Assembly (NCBI GenBank): GCA_934699065.1
Contig: CAKUWD010000002.1
Coordinates: forward strand, 811 to 64,810
Direction of reading: 5' to 3'
Source: an uncultured Treponema sp.
Lineage (GTDB): Bacteria; Spirochaetota; Spirochaetia; Treponematales; Treponemataceae
Length of the DNA: 64,000 nucleotides
The notes under the pieces were generated by a model. It made no database searches. It saw only the letters and a list, made by a program, of their open reading frames with translations, and was not told the origin of the DNA. Position numbers and translations under genes: made by a program. Of the stretch, positions 1-8,691 are shown in pieces; the first letter of the stretch is position 1, and each line of letters starts with the position of its first letter.

Positions 1-238
1 CCATGTCATCATCTAAAACAAAATAAATGTTATTAAATTCATTTAAATCCTTGCTTCTTGGATAGAATAATTTCCTATAACCTTCTATTGATTTATCAAA
101 TGAAGATGAAAATTGTATTTTTCCTACAATTATAACTTCTTTTGATTTCGGCTCAGGATGTCTAGGAACTCTGGTTGTCTGTGCAAATACACTTGTAAAA
201 CTAAATATGATTAATAATACTAATAATACTTTTTTCAT
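1..238 (-). CDS. hypothetical secreted protein, N-terminal part only (CDS runs off the left edge)
   Basis: Own minus-strand translation from ATG 238..236 gives MKKVLLVLLIIFSFTSVFAQTTRVPRHPEPKSKEVIIVGK..., open to base 1. The N-terminus looks like a signal peptide. The ATG overlaps the TGA of the upstream gene (ATGA at 235..238). Confidence 0.5.
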   Translation of the reverse strand, partial: MKKVLLVLLIIFSFTSVFAQTTRVPRHPEPKSKEVIIVGKIQFSSSFDKSIEGYRKLFYPRSKDLNEFNNIYFVLDDDM

Positions 239-726
239 TTTTTTAATTCTCCCAATCTCTTATTAAATAATTCAGCCCATTCAGTATCTTTATAAATTTT
301 CAAAGCCAGCCGAATAGCATCTTTTTCCTCGTCTTTATTTAATTTCTCTGCAAAATAATAAATTTGTGGTTTATCAAAACTCATATTATAACCACCGATT
401 CCACAATAGACGTATTCTTTTTTACCTGAACTAAAGAACCCAGTATCTTCGGTTTCATACTGCATTATTTTAATTTTATCATCTACATAAACTGGTCTTT
501 TCGCAACAAAGCAATCATTTGAAACTTCACATTTAATTAATTCATAATTGTAATCTGAAGCTTGAACTAACAGATCAATATCCGAAAGATCTTCCCAGTA
601 ACCATAAACCACGACAGAATTTTTTGTAGTCAGTGGAACACCATTTTTGTTTGGAATATCAGTTGAAGCACAGCCGATAAACATAAACAAACCCAAAAGT
701 AATAATACAGGAATAAGTTTTTTCAT
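235..726 (-). CDS. hypothetical lipoprotein
   Basis: 163-aa ORF. Signal peptide with a lipobox-like FIGCAS. No family recognised. Confidence 0.6.
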   Translation of the reverse strand: MKKLIPVLLLLGLFMFIGCASTDIPNKNGVPLTTKNSVVVYGYWEDLSDIDLLVQASDYNYELIKCEVSNDCFVAKRPVYVDDKIKIMQYETEDTGFFSSGKKEYVYCGIGGYNMSFDKPQIYYFAEKLNKDEEKDAIRLALKIYKDTEWAELFNKRLGELKK

Positions 727-981
727 TTTTAACTCCTTTTTTTACTTTTTATATTCTAAATCAAAGAAAAAAACAACCTTTGGAATCGGGGTTTTCCTTT
801 TACAAATAACTTAAAGAATTTAATAATATTACAGAATTATATGTTGAAATATTAAAACTACTAGAATAATCTTGAAATCTTTGATAATATATGCTCTCAG
901 TATGAAAACTGAGACATGTTTGAAATCTGTAATTCTCATGGTGAATGATAATTTTCATATTATTTTTATTTGAATTTGATG

Positions 982-1011
982 GCGAGTTCTTTTTTGGAAC
1001 TCGCTTTTTTT
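982..1011 (+). terminator. Rho-independent terminator-like hairpin upstream of carB (possible attenuator or small-RNA end)
   Basis: GCGAGTTC (982..989) pairs with GAACTCGC (997..1004) and is followed by T7 (1005..1011). No plus-strand gene lies upstream. Confidence 0.4.
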
Positions 1012-1012
1012 A

Positions 1013-1118
1013 TACCCCGGGGGCGTTGCGGGGGTGTCCCCCGCAGAGAGGGTAGCCCGAGACACCGCAACGAAGTGAGGAGGCTCGGGCGCAGGGGGAG
1101 ACTTCCCCCTCCTTTATG
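1013..1118. repeat. GC-rich mosaic palindromic repeat
   Basis: Nested hairpins (CGTTGCGG..CCGCAACG, GGGGGAgactTCCCCC). Shares blocks (GAGTGAGGAGGCT-like, terminal CCTCCTTTA) with the repeats at 16758..16897 and 33246..33341. Confidence 0.6.
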
Positions 1119-1145
1119 AAATTGTTTTTTATAGGAGTTATATAA

Positions 1146-4100
1146 ATGAAGAGAACAGACATCAAAAAGGTTTTGATTATTGGTTCGGGCCCGATTGTTA
1201 TTGGTCAGGCTTGTGAGTTTGACTATTCGGGAACTCAGGCTTGTAAGGCTTTGCGCGAACTTGGCTACAAGATTGTACTTGTAAACTCTAACCCGGCTAC
1301 TATTATGACTGACCCGGTTATGGCGGACGCTACTTACATTGAGCCGCTGAACGTTGAGCGTCTTTCTCAGATTATTGAAAAGGAACGTCCTGATGCACTT
1401 TTGCCAAACCTTGGTGGTCAGACTGGTTTGAACATGGCTATGGAATTGAACAAGGCTGGAGTTCTTGATAAATACGGTGTTAAGGTTATTGGTGTAAACC
1501 TGGACGCTATTGAGCGTGGTGAGGACCGTGAGATTTTCAAGGAGACTATGAAATCGCTTGGTATCGACACTCCTCGCTCGGGAATCTGTCACACTGTTGA
1601 AGGTGCTGAAAAAATTGCTGAAGAAATCGGCTTCCCACTGGTTGTTCGCCCTGCTTATACAATGGGCGGTCAGGGTGGCGGTTTCTGCTACAATGTTGAA
1701 GAGCTGCGCACTATTGTTGCTAACGGTCTGGATCTTTCTATGACTCACCAGTGTTTGATTGAAGAGTCTATTCTTGGTTGGGAAGAGCTTGAAGTTGAAG
1801 TTGTCCGCGACTCTAAGAATCAGATGGTTGCAATCTGTACTATCGAAAATATTGATGCGGTTGGTGTTCACACTGGTGACTCTTTCTGTGCCGCTCCATT
1901 TATGACTATTGATAAAGATCTGGAAAAGAAGCTGCAGGAAATGGCATTTAAGATTGTTGAGAACATCGGTGTAATCGGTGGTACTAACGTTCAGTTTGCT
2001 CACAATCCTAAGACTGGCCGCGTTGTAATTATTGAGATTAACCCACGTACTTCTCGTTCTTCTGCTTTGGCTTCAAAGGCAACAGGTTTCCCTATCGCGC
2101 TGATTTCTGCAAAATTGGCATCTGGCCTCACACTCGACGAGATTCCTTACTGGCGTGATGGTACTCTTGAAAAATATACTTTGGGCGGCGCTCCTGATGG
2201 AGACTACGTTGTTCTTAAGTTTGCCCGCTGGGCTTTTGAAAAGTTCCGCGGTACAAAAGACGAACTTGGAACTTCTATGAAGGCCGTTGGTGAAGTTATG
2301 GCCATCGGTAAGAACTTTAAGGAAACTTTCCAGAAGGCTATCCGTGGTTTGGAAAATGGACGAAGCGGTCTTGGTTTTGCTAAAGACTTTAATAAGAAGA
2401 GTGCTGATGAACTTTGCGAAATGCTTAAGGTTCAGTCTAGCGAGCGCTACTTCCAGCTTTATGAAGCAATCCGTAAGGGTGTTCCTCTGGCTAAACTTTC
2501 TGAAATCACATACGTTAAAGAGTTCTTCCTCCAGCAGATGAAAGAGCTTGTTGATTTGGAAGAGGAAATGCTTAAGAATCCTGGACGTGTTCCAGAAGAT
2601 AAGCTTCTTATTCAGGCTAAGAAAGACGGCTTCAGCGATAAGTATCTTTCAAAGATTTTGAAGGTTGCTGAAAAGGATATCCGTAAGCGCCGCAACGAGC
2701 TTGGTATTAAAGAAGCATGGCTCCGCGTTCCTGTAAGCGGTGTTGAAAATGCCTGCTACTACTACTCAACTTACAATGCAGAAAAAGACACTTCTGTTGC
2801 CAGCGACAACAAGAAGAAGATTATGATTTTGGGCGGTGGTCCTAACAGAATTGGTCAGGGTATTGAATTTGACTACTGCTGCTGTCATGCCGCAATGCAG
2901 CTCAAGGAGTTGGGCTACGAAACAATCATCGTAAACTGTAACCCAGAAACTGTTTCTACTGACTATGATACTTCTGATAAGCTCTACTTCGAACCAGTTA
3001 CAACTGAAGATGTTCTTCAGATTTACGAAAAGGAAAAGCCATTCGGAGTTATCGTTCAGTTTGGTGGACAGACTCCACTTAACATCGCAAGAGAATTGCA
3101 GGAGAACGGCGTAAACATTTTGGGAACATCTATCGACTCTATCGACATCGCCGAAGACCGCGACCTCTTCCGCCACATGATGGAAAAACTTGAGATTCCA
3201 ATGCCAGAAAGCGGAATGGCAATTGACTTTGCTGAAGCTAAGGCTTGTGCTGATAAGATCGGCTACCCAATCATGATTCGTCCTTCCTTCGTTCTTGGCG
3301 GACGTGGTATGGAAGTAATCTATGATGAAGCTACTTTGAAGGAATACGTTGAGAAGGCTGTTGGTGTAACTCCAGACCGCCCACTTTTAATCGACCGCTT
3401 CCTTAAGAATGCGCTTGAATGCGAAGCTGATGCTTTGGCAGATTCAACTCACGTTTACATTCCGGCTGTTATGGAACACGTTGAGCTTGCAGGTATTCAC
3501 TCTGGTGACTCAGCTTGTGTAATTCCTCCGGTTTCGATTCCGGCTGATAACCTTGCAACAATCAAAGAATATACAAAGAAGATTGCAGAAAGCCTTCACG
3601 TTTGCGGTTTGATGAACATGCAGTACGCAATTGAAAACGGAAAGGTTTATGTAATTGAAGCAAATCCTCGTGCATCACGTACAGTTCCTCTTGTATCTAA
3701 AGTTTGTGACACTCAGATGGCTCGCCTTGCTACAAGAATGATGCTTGGTGAATCACTTGAATCACTCGGTCTCAAAGACAAAAAGATTCCTTACTACGGA
3801 GCAAAAGAAGCAGTTCTTCCATGGGCCCGCTTCCCTGGAGTTGACCCAATCCTCGGCCCTGAAATGCGTTCTACTGGTGAAGTTCTTGGTTTGGCAGAAA
3901 ACTTCCCTCTGGCATTCTACAAGTCACAGGAAGCTGCAGGAAGTGAGTTGCCACATGCTCCAGCTGCCTGGGAAAACAAGAAGGTTCTTATTTCTCTCAG
4001 CAACAAGGAAGGCCAGAAGGATCAGGTTCTCGAAATCGGAAAGACTTTGAAAAACCTCGGCTTTACACTGGTTGGAACTCAGGGCACCGCAGACTTCTAC

Positions 4101-4397
4101 AACGCAAACGGAATCAAGTGCGACGTTGTAAACAAGATTGGTGCCGGCCGCCCAGATGTAGTGGATTTGATTATGAACAAGGAAGTTTGCCTTGTAATCA
4201 ACACACCAAAAGCAAAACGCAACTACGCCGAAGACCGCAAGACAATCCGTAAGGCCTGCCTTAAGTACAAGGTATCTTACATCACAACAATTGCCGGTGC
4301 GCTGGCTGCGGTTAAGGGAATTGAGAGTGTTAAGAATGGTATGGGAGGAGAAGGAGGTGTTCGTTCACTCCAAGAGTACCATTCTCTTATCAAATAG
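1146..4397 (+). CDS. carB: carbamoyl-phosphate synthase large subunit
   Basis: 1083 aa with two ATP-grasp halves and typical CarB motifs (VLIIGSGPIVIGQACEFDYSG, IMILGGGPNRIGQGIEFDYC). AGGAG Shine-Dalgarno upstream. Confidence 0.97.
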   Translation: MKRTDIKKVLIIGSGPIVIGQACEFDYSGTQACKALRELGYKIVLVNSNPATIMTDPVMADATYIEPLNVERLSQIIEKERPDALLPNLGGQTGLNMAMELNKAGVLDKYGVKVIGVNLDAIERGEDREIFKETMKSLGIDTPRSGICHTVEGAEKIAEEIGFPLVVRPAYTMGGQGGGFCYNVEELRTIVANGLDLSMTHQCLIEESILGWEELEVEVVRDSKNQMVAICTIENIDAVGVHTGDSFCAAPFMTIDKDLEKKLQEMAFKIVENIGVIGGTNVQFAHNPKTGRVVIIEINPRTSRSSALASKATGFPIALISAKLASGLTLDEIPYWRDGTLEKYTLGGAPDGDYVVLKFARWAFEKFRGTKDELGTSMKAVGEVMAIGKNFKETFQKAIRGLENGRSGLGFAKDFNKKSADELCEMLKVQSSERYFQLYEAIRKGVPLAKLSEITYVKEFFLQQMKELVDLEEEMLKNPGRVPEDKLLIQAKKDGFSDKYLSKILKVAEKDIRKRRNELGIKEAWLRVPVSGVENACYYYSTYNAEKDTSVASDNKKKIMILGGGPNRIGQGIEFDYCCCHAAMQLKELGYETIIVNCNPETVSTDYDTSDKLYFEPVTTEDVLQIYEKEKPFGVIVQFGGQTPLNIARELQENGVNILGTSIDSIDIAEDRDLFRHMMEKLEIPMPESGMAIDFAEAKACADKIGYPIMIRPSFVLGGRGMEVIYDEATLKEYVEKAVGVTPDRPLLIDRFLKNALECEADALADSTHVYIPAVMEHVELAGIHSGDSACVIPPVSIPADNLATIKEYTKKIAESLHVCGLMNMQYAIENGKVYVIEANPRASRTVPLVSKVCDTQMARLATRMMLGESLESLGLKDKKIPYYGAKEAVLPWARFPGVDPILGPEMRSTGEVLGLAENFPLAFYKSQEAAGSELPHAPAAWENKKVLISLSNKEGQKDQVLEIGKTLKNLGFTLVGTQGTADFYNANGIKCDVVNKIGAGRPDVVDLIMNKEVCLVINTPKAKRNYAEDRKTIRKACLKYKVSYITTIAGALAAVKGIESVKNGMGGEGGVRSLQEYHSLIK

Positions 4398-4398
4398 G

Positions 4399-4455
4399 TG
4401 CGAGTTTTGGTAGCGTAGCGGACAAAACTCGGTAAGCAACCGCAAGGTTGCGACG
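4399..4455. repeat. GC-rich double hairpin just after the carB stop
   Basis: CGAGTTTTG (4401..4409) pairs with CAAAACTCG (4423..4431). GCAACC-GCAA-GGTTGC occupies 4436..4451. Confidence 0.5.
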
Positions 4456-4513
4456 AGTTAAGTCTCTGCATTGATAAAGTAATTTTTGTTAAAGCAAAAT
4501 AACATTTTTGAAA

Positions 4514-4543
4514 GGCTGTCGAGAAATCGGCAGTCTTTTTTTT
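4514..4543 (+). terminator. Rho-independent terminator (carB; convergent with the XRE gene)
   Basis: GGCTGTCG..CGGCAGTC stem (two G-U pairs) followed by T8 (4536..4543). Confidence 0.6.
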
Positions 4544-4850
4544 ATATCATTTCAAATTTTCTAAGTATTTCTGATATATCATTAGTAATTGTTTCTATCA
4601 ATTCTTTCTGCATGTCATTATTTTTGTTTATTTCAAAATTATCAATTGGCTTAAAAAGTAAATAAGGTTGTATATTAATGGCACTGGCTATTTTTTCTAT
4701 AAATGTAAGAGAAGGAAATCTTTTTTTAGTTTCTATCTGTCCTATATAAGAAGTTTCTGTATCACATAATTCAGCAAGTTTTTCTTGAGTTATATGCTGT
4801 TCTTTACGGAATCGTTTCAGATTGCTAATAAAAACATCTTGTAAATCCAT
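4542..4850 (-). CDS. XRE-family helix-turn-helix transcriptional regulator
   Basis: The HTH_3-like sequence (ITQEKLAELCDTETSYIGQIETKKRFPSLTFIEKIASAINI) begins at MDLQDVF. The track ORF start at 4928 is probably an upstream extension. Confidence 0.75.
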   Translation of the reverse strand: MDLQDVFISNLKRFRKEQHITQEKLAELCDTETSYIGQIETKKRFPSLTFIEKIASAINIQPYLLFKPIDNFEINKNNDMQKELIETITNDISEILRKFEMI

Positions 4851-4958
4851 AAAATATATTCTAAAAGCGAATATTTTTATTTTGTATAGGCTTGACAGTA
4901 ATAAAATACATGTTAGAATATATGCCAATGGCTAACAATACAGGGAGAGCAATTAAAA

Positions 4959-5417
4959 ATGTTGGATGAACATGTCAAAAAACATTACTTTATCACGTTT
5001 TCATTGTTATTCTTTGCTATTCTGATATTACTTATAGGTGGCAGCCTTTATTTATTATATCGCCCTCACAATTTAAAAATGTTTTATTGGTTACGAGCAA
5101 TAAAGTTAGAAAAATTCTTCTACCAGCATAATTTCAATTCTACCTCGAAACTGATTTCATTTTGTATTTATTCTCTTCCTAATGGGTTATGGTTGCTTTC
5201 TGCTATAGTTTTTTTTGGTCTAATCTGGAAAAAAGAAAAAGATATATTCTTCTTTTATTCATTTTCATTTTTGTTAGCAAGTCTTTTGTTTGAATGTTTG
5301 CAATTAACACAAATAATTCCAGGAACATTTGATTTTAACGATATTTTCATTTTGGTAATTTCATTCCTATTTGGAGTGATTCTATATAAACTAATTATTG
5401 CGAGGAATGTAAGATGA
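4959..5417 (+). CDS. hypothetical integral membrane protein
   Basis: 152 aa with about 4 hydrophobic segments. Its stop overlaps the next ATG (ATGA at 5414..5417). Confidence 0.6.
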   Translation: MLDEHVKKHYFITFSLLFFAILILLIGGSLYLLYRPHNLKMFYWLRAIKLEKFFYQHNFNSTSKLISFCIYSLPNGLWLLSAIVFFGLIWKKEKDIFFFYSFSFLLASLLFECLQLTQIIPGTFDFNDIFILVISFLFGVILYKLIIARNVR

Positions 5418-6118
5418 AAAAAATTAACGGAAAATTTTGGAGGCATTTAAGCACTGTTGGCTTATTAATGTTTTTTGCTATTTTGGCTGCAGGAAGTAGT
5501 TCAACCAAAAAAGGCATAAAAGCTTATAATAAAGGTGACTATGAAACTGCCTTGAAAGAATTAAAAGGAACTACAACTGATGGATCAGCTGATTATGTTG
5601 ATGAATTCTATTATCTAGGTAAAGTCTATTCATCACTTGGACAAAATAGTAATGCAAATAAAGCTTTTACAAAAGCATATAATCTTATGGCAAATGAACC
5701 TTCAAAAAAATCAGAGTTTCAAAAAAAATATCCTTCTGAATATGAAGAACTATTGGGCTGGGGGGAAGAACAAATAAAAATACAAAAAGCTACAGCCAAT
5801 GTAGGAACTTGGACTTTATATCAAGTAGACGAAAGGTATGACAAGAAAAAAGTTTCGGATTCTTTCTATTTTTCAAGTATTCATAAACCAAAAGAACATA
5901 TTACATTAACTGAAGATGGAAAAATCTTACCTAGTTTAGTAGGAAATCAAACTTTTTTTTATTGGAGTTATTCTGAAGAAGTAGGATTTAAAGTTTTAGA
6001 CAGTAATGGAGAAATTAAAGGTGGCATAAATCCTCAGGGGTATTTACAAATCAATACATTAACAATCAATAGTAAGGGGCAGCCACACCATATTTCTGTT
6101 TATTATACAAAAGATTAA
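5414..6118 (+). CDS. hypothetical membrane-anchored protein with a TPR-like N-terminal region
   Basis: 234 aa. N-terminal TM segment, then a TPR-like stretch (AYNKGDYETALKELK..YYLGKVYSSLGQNSNANKAF). Confidence 0.55.
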   Translation: MKKINGKFWRHLSTVGLLMFFAILAAGSSSTKKGIKAYNKGDYETALKELKGTTTDGSADYVDEFYYLGKVYSSLGQNSNANKAFTKAYNLMANEPSKKSEFQKKYPSEYEELLGWGEEQIKIQKATANVGTWTLYQVDERYDKKKVSDSFYFSSIHKPKEHITLTEDGKILPSLVGNQTFFYWSYSEEVGFKVLDSNGEIKGGINPQGYLQINTLTINSKGQPHHISVYYTKD

Positions 6119-6138
6119 GTATTTGGAGAACTTTTTAT

Positions 6139-6519
6139 ATGAACCGAAAAGTATTGTTTTTAGTAGCATTTTTCTTTGAATTATGTCTATTTAGTTGCAA
6201 AGAGAGTAAGCATTTATCTGAACACTATTATGGTACATGGATTTTAACTCATGCTGATGAAGAAGTTTCTAAGCTTTTAGATATGGGGCTTACATTAATA
6301 CTACGTATAAATGACGACAATACTTTTCAACTTTATTCTAGAATAGGTGAAGAAAAAAAACTCCTAAACGAAGGATCTTGGCAACTAGATGAAAAAGAGG
6401 ATTTTGCAAGATTCTCTTTACCTGATAATGAATATGGCGGAGTTATAAAAGGAAAGTTTATTATACTAGGTAATAAGCTTTCCTATCAAACATCCCATAC
6501 AACTTGGATTTTTGAATAG
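6139..6519 (+). CDS. hypothetical lipoprotein
   Basis: 126 aa. Signal peptide with a LFSC lipobox. GGAG Shine-Dalgarno. Confidence 0.6.
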   Translation: MNRKVLFLVAFFFELCLFSCKESKHLSEHYYGTWILTHADEEVSKLLDMGLTLILRINDDNTFQLYSRIGEEKKLLNEGSWQLDEKEDFARFSLPDNEYGGVIKGKFIILGNKLSYQTSHTTWIFE

Positions 6520-6599
6520 GTAGGGAGTTATTTATGTGATTCATAAAGGTAAAAATATAATATGTATTTTCATACAATTTAAAAAAGGAATTTATAAAA

Positions 6600-7083
6600 A
6601 TGGACTCTCAAATATTTGAACTTTACAAGCAGTCAAATGATATTCGCAACCAGATAATTCAAAATATTGATAATCAAGTTCTCCATACAAGAAGCCTATT
6701 TGGTACATTAATTTCTGCATTTTTTTGCAGCCGAAATTATAAGCCAAAGAGTATTATTCATTATTGGAATTATAATTTTATGCTTTTTATTTTGGATTAT
6801 AGAATCATCTGTGAAACAAAATCAACGCGGATACATTATTGTTTCGAACGAAATTCAAAAATTAATGTCTACGACAAAGAATGAAGAAGAAATTCAAGAT
6901 ATAATAAAAAATTATCATTCTGATTTAAATGGATTTTATTCAGTTCACAAAAAAAATCCAAAATGGTATAAAAAAATGACATCTATTTTGCATACGATGT
7001 TTATGCCAAATGTTTTTATCCTTTATGCATGTTCGATTTTTGTAAATCTAATATTTTTCTGCATTAGCTTATTATATAAATGA
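6600..7083 (+). pseudogene. membrane protein gene split by a +1 frameshift in a T7 tract (or phase-variable or assembly error)
   Basis: ORFs 6600..6884 and 6811..7083 join into one roughly 160-aa membrane protein (..LISAFFAAEIISQRVLFIIGIIILCFLFWIIESSVKQNQRGY..) if the T7 at 6720..6726 is read as T6. Confidence 0.5.
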
Positions 7084-7144
7084 GAAGAGTACAATTACAA
7101 CATAGCCCCTCGTACGAGGTATTAAATAACATATTCTTTCCGTA

Positions 7145-7408
7145 ATGGACTTGAAGAAAATGATTCCTATAAAGCAAGGCTTGTATACGGAAGTTAATTT
7201 AAATCCTGCCGCTAATGATACAAAAGCTGATAAAAAATACAAAGTTCTCCTGAATATTGAGTACACATTTTGTCTTAAGATTATGAATTCTATAATTCAG
7301 AAAGCAAGTAAATTGTATGAAAAACAGATGACCACGGGAAAGATTGTAAAGTTTTGCTATTATTTTAAATTGCTTGAAGAAAAATGTCGAGAGTACAAAA
7401 GTAAATAG
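7145..7408 (+). CDS. hypothetical small protein (weak call)
   Basis: 87-aa ORF with no recognisable family. An equally long ORF lies antisense. Followed by palindrome AAATTGCgccgGCAATTT. Confidence 0.25.
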   Translation: MDLKKMIPIKQGLYTEVNLNPAANDTKADKKYKVLLNIEYTFCLKIMNSIIQKASKLYEKQMTTGKIVKFCYYFKLLEEKCREYKSK

Positions 7409-7513
7409 CAAATTGCGCCGGCAATTTATCTATCGGGTTTTAGGGCTTAGCAGCTTTGCTGTTCGCCATATCAGCAATGTATCTAAATCTTTACATTTTA
7501 TAGTAAATATCAC

Positions 7514-7542
7514 TTGACATATCATAATAATAGAGATATCAT
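7514..7542 (+). promoter_or_regulatory. sigma70-like promoter of the Panacea TA operon
   Basis: TTGACA (7514..7519), 17-nt spacer, TATCAT (7537..7542). The ATG at 7549 has no Shine-Dalgarno and sits about 7 nt after the -10, so the mRNA may be leaderless. ATATCA repeats in the region could be operators. Confidence 0.4.
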
Positions 7543-7548
7543 ATCAAT

Positions 7549-8322
7549 ATGACTTCCATTATCAAAACGCTTAGGGAAGAAAAAGGATTTTCTCAGGAAG
7601 AGCTGGCTCAAAAACTTGGAGTTTCACGCCAATCATATATTAAATATGAAAATGGGACTGTAGAACTTCCACTGGAGCTTGTTCGTAAATTATCTTTATT
7701 ATTTGAAGTAGATTATTCTTGCATCATCGATAATAAAATGCCAGTCGAACCTTCGTACAAAATACAAAAATCAGAAAAAATCGCCGAACAATCAGATATT
7801 CGAATCAGCATTCCAGAAAATAACATTGAAAAATTCAAACAGGTCTTTCTATATATTCTTGCAAAGGTTGGAGCACGACCGAATGTAGGACAGACAGTTT
7901 TGTATAAGCTGCTTTATTTTATTGATTTTGATTATTACGAATTGTATGAAAAACAGCTTATGGGGCTGTCTTATATTAAAAATACATTTGGTCCAACCCC
8001 GATTGACTTTGCGAAGCTTAGCAGACAGATGGTAAAAGACGGCCTGATTGAGGAAGTAAAAACTGAGTATTACAAGCACGACATGATAAAATATCTTCCC
8101 CTCAAAGAACCAAATCTTGAACTGCTTTCTGCTCAGGAACTTGAATTCATTGATTCTGAACTTGAAAAGCATGCCGGAAAAACCGCTACGGAATTATCAA
8201 ATCTTTCGCACAAAGATATTCCATGGATTGGTGCAAAGAATAAGGAAGTTTTAGATTATGAAGCTGTTTTTTATCGAACACCGGAAACTTCGGTAAGGGC
8301 TTATTGCGAGGAAGATGATTAA
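7549..8322 (+). CDS. HTH (XRE) + Panacea/DUF4065 (SocA-like) domain antitoxin
   Basis: N-terminal XRE HTH (FSQEELAQKLGVSRQSYIKYENG). The C-terminal region matches the DUF4065 pattern (VLYKLLYFIDFDYYELYEKQLMGLSYIKNTFGPTPIDF). Confidence 0.8.
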   Translation: MTSIIKTLREEKGFSQEELAQKLGVSRQSYIKYENGTVELPLELVRKLSLLFEVDYSCIIDNKMPVEPSYKIQKSEKIAEQSDIRISIPENNIEKFKQVFLYILAKVGARPNVGQTVLYKLLYFIDFDYYELYEKQLMGLSYIKNTFGPTPIDFAKLSRQMVKDGLIEEVKTEYYKHDMIKYLPLKEPNLELLSAQELEFIDSELEKHAGKTATELSNLSHKDIPWIGAKNKEVLDYEAVFYRTPETSVRAYCEEDD

Positions 8323-8680
8323 TTACAAAACATTGCCTGAGTTTGATAAAGATTTTAAATCTCTTCTTAAGCGGTTCAGAACTCTGGAAAATGATTTTGC
8401 AACATTTAGAAAATTCACAATAGAAACTTTTTATGAACAGAATATTCCAACGACTGCATTTGTCCCCATTGAAGGATTTTGCAATGAGAGTTATGTTTCG
8501 AATAAAGTAAGAAAGTTTGCATGTCTTTCCTTGCCAGGAAGAGGAAATCAATCTGGCATCAGAATTATTTTTGTATGGCAGGAAAAGATATGCACAGTTA
8601 CCTTTGTTGAGATTTATTTTAAGGGTGATAAAACTGAGGAAGACCGGGAGAGGTTGAAAAAGTTTTTGAAGAAAATTTAA
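8315..8680 (+). CDS. RelE/ParE-superfamily-like toxin
   Basis: 121 aa, overlapping the antitoxin by 8 nt. Pattern KVRKF..GRGNQSGIRIIFVW..VTFVEIYFKGDK resembles ParE-like/RelE toxins (K.R...GKSGGYR.I....I.L..IY.K). Confidence 0.6.
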   Translation: MINYKTLPEFDKDFKSLLKRFRTLENDFATFRKFTIETFYEQNIPTTAFVPIEGFCNESYVSNKVRKFACLSLPGRGNQSGIRIIFVWQEKICTVTFVEIYFKGDKTEEDRERLKKFLKKI

Positions 8681-8691
8681 GGAGATAAGAA

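Noticed and set aside
1044-1051. CAGAGAGG inside a hairpin upstream of carB, reminiscent of the PyrR binding loop (..UCCAGAGAGGCU..)
   Set aside because: The octamer sits inside a member of a dispersed GC-rich repeat family that also occurs next to genes unrelated to pyrimidine metabolism (33246..33341, 16758..16897). The flanking bases do not match the PyrR consensus well. It could still be tested with the Rfam PyrR model.
966-2003. 345-aa ORF antisense to carB
   Set aside because: It lies opposite a confidently identified carB. Its C-terminal part is just a translation of the GC-rich repeat at 1013..1118. It is a shadow ORF.
7072-7411. Overlapping small ORFs on both strands (7072..7266, 7199..7411)
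   Set aside because: They are mutually exclusive, low-complexity and AT-rich translations. Only the plus-strand 7145..7408 is kept, and only as a weak call.
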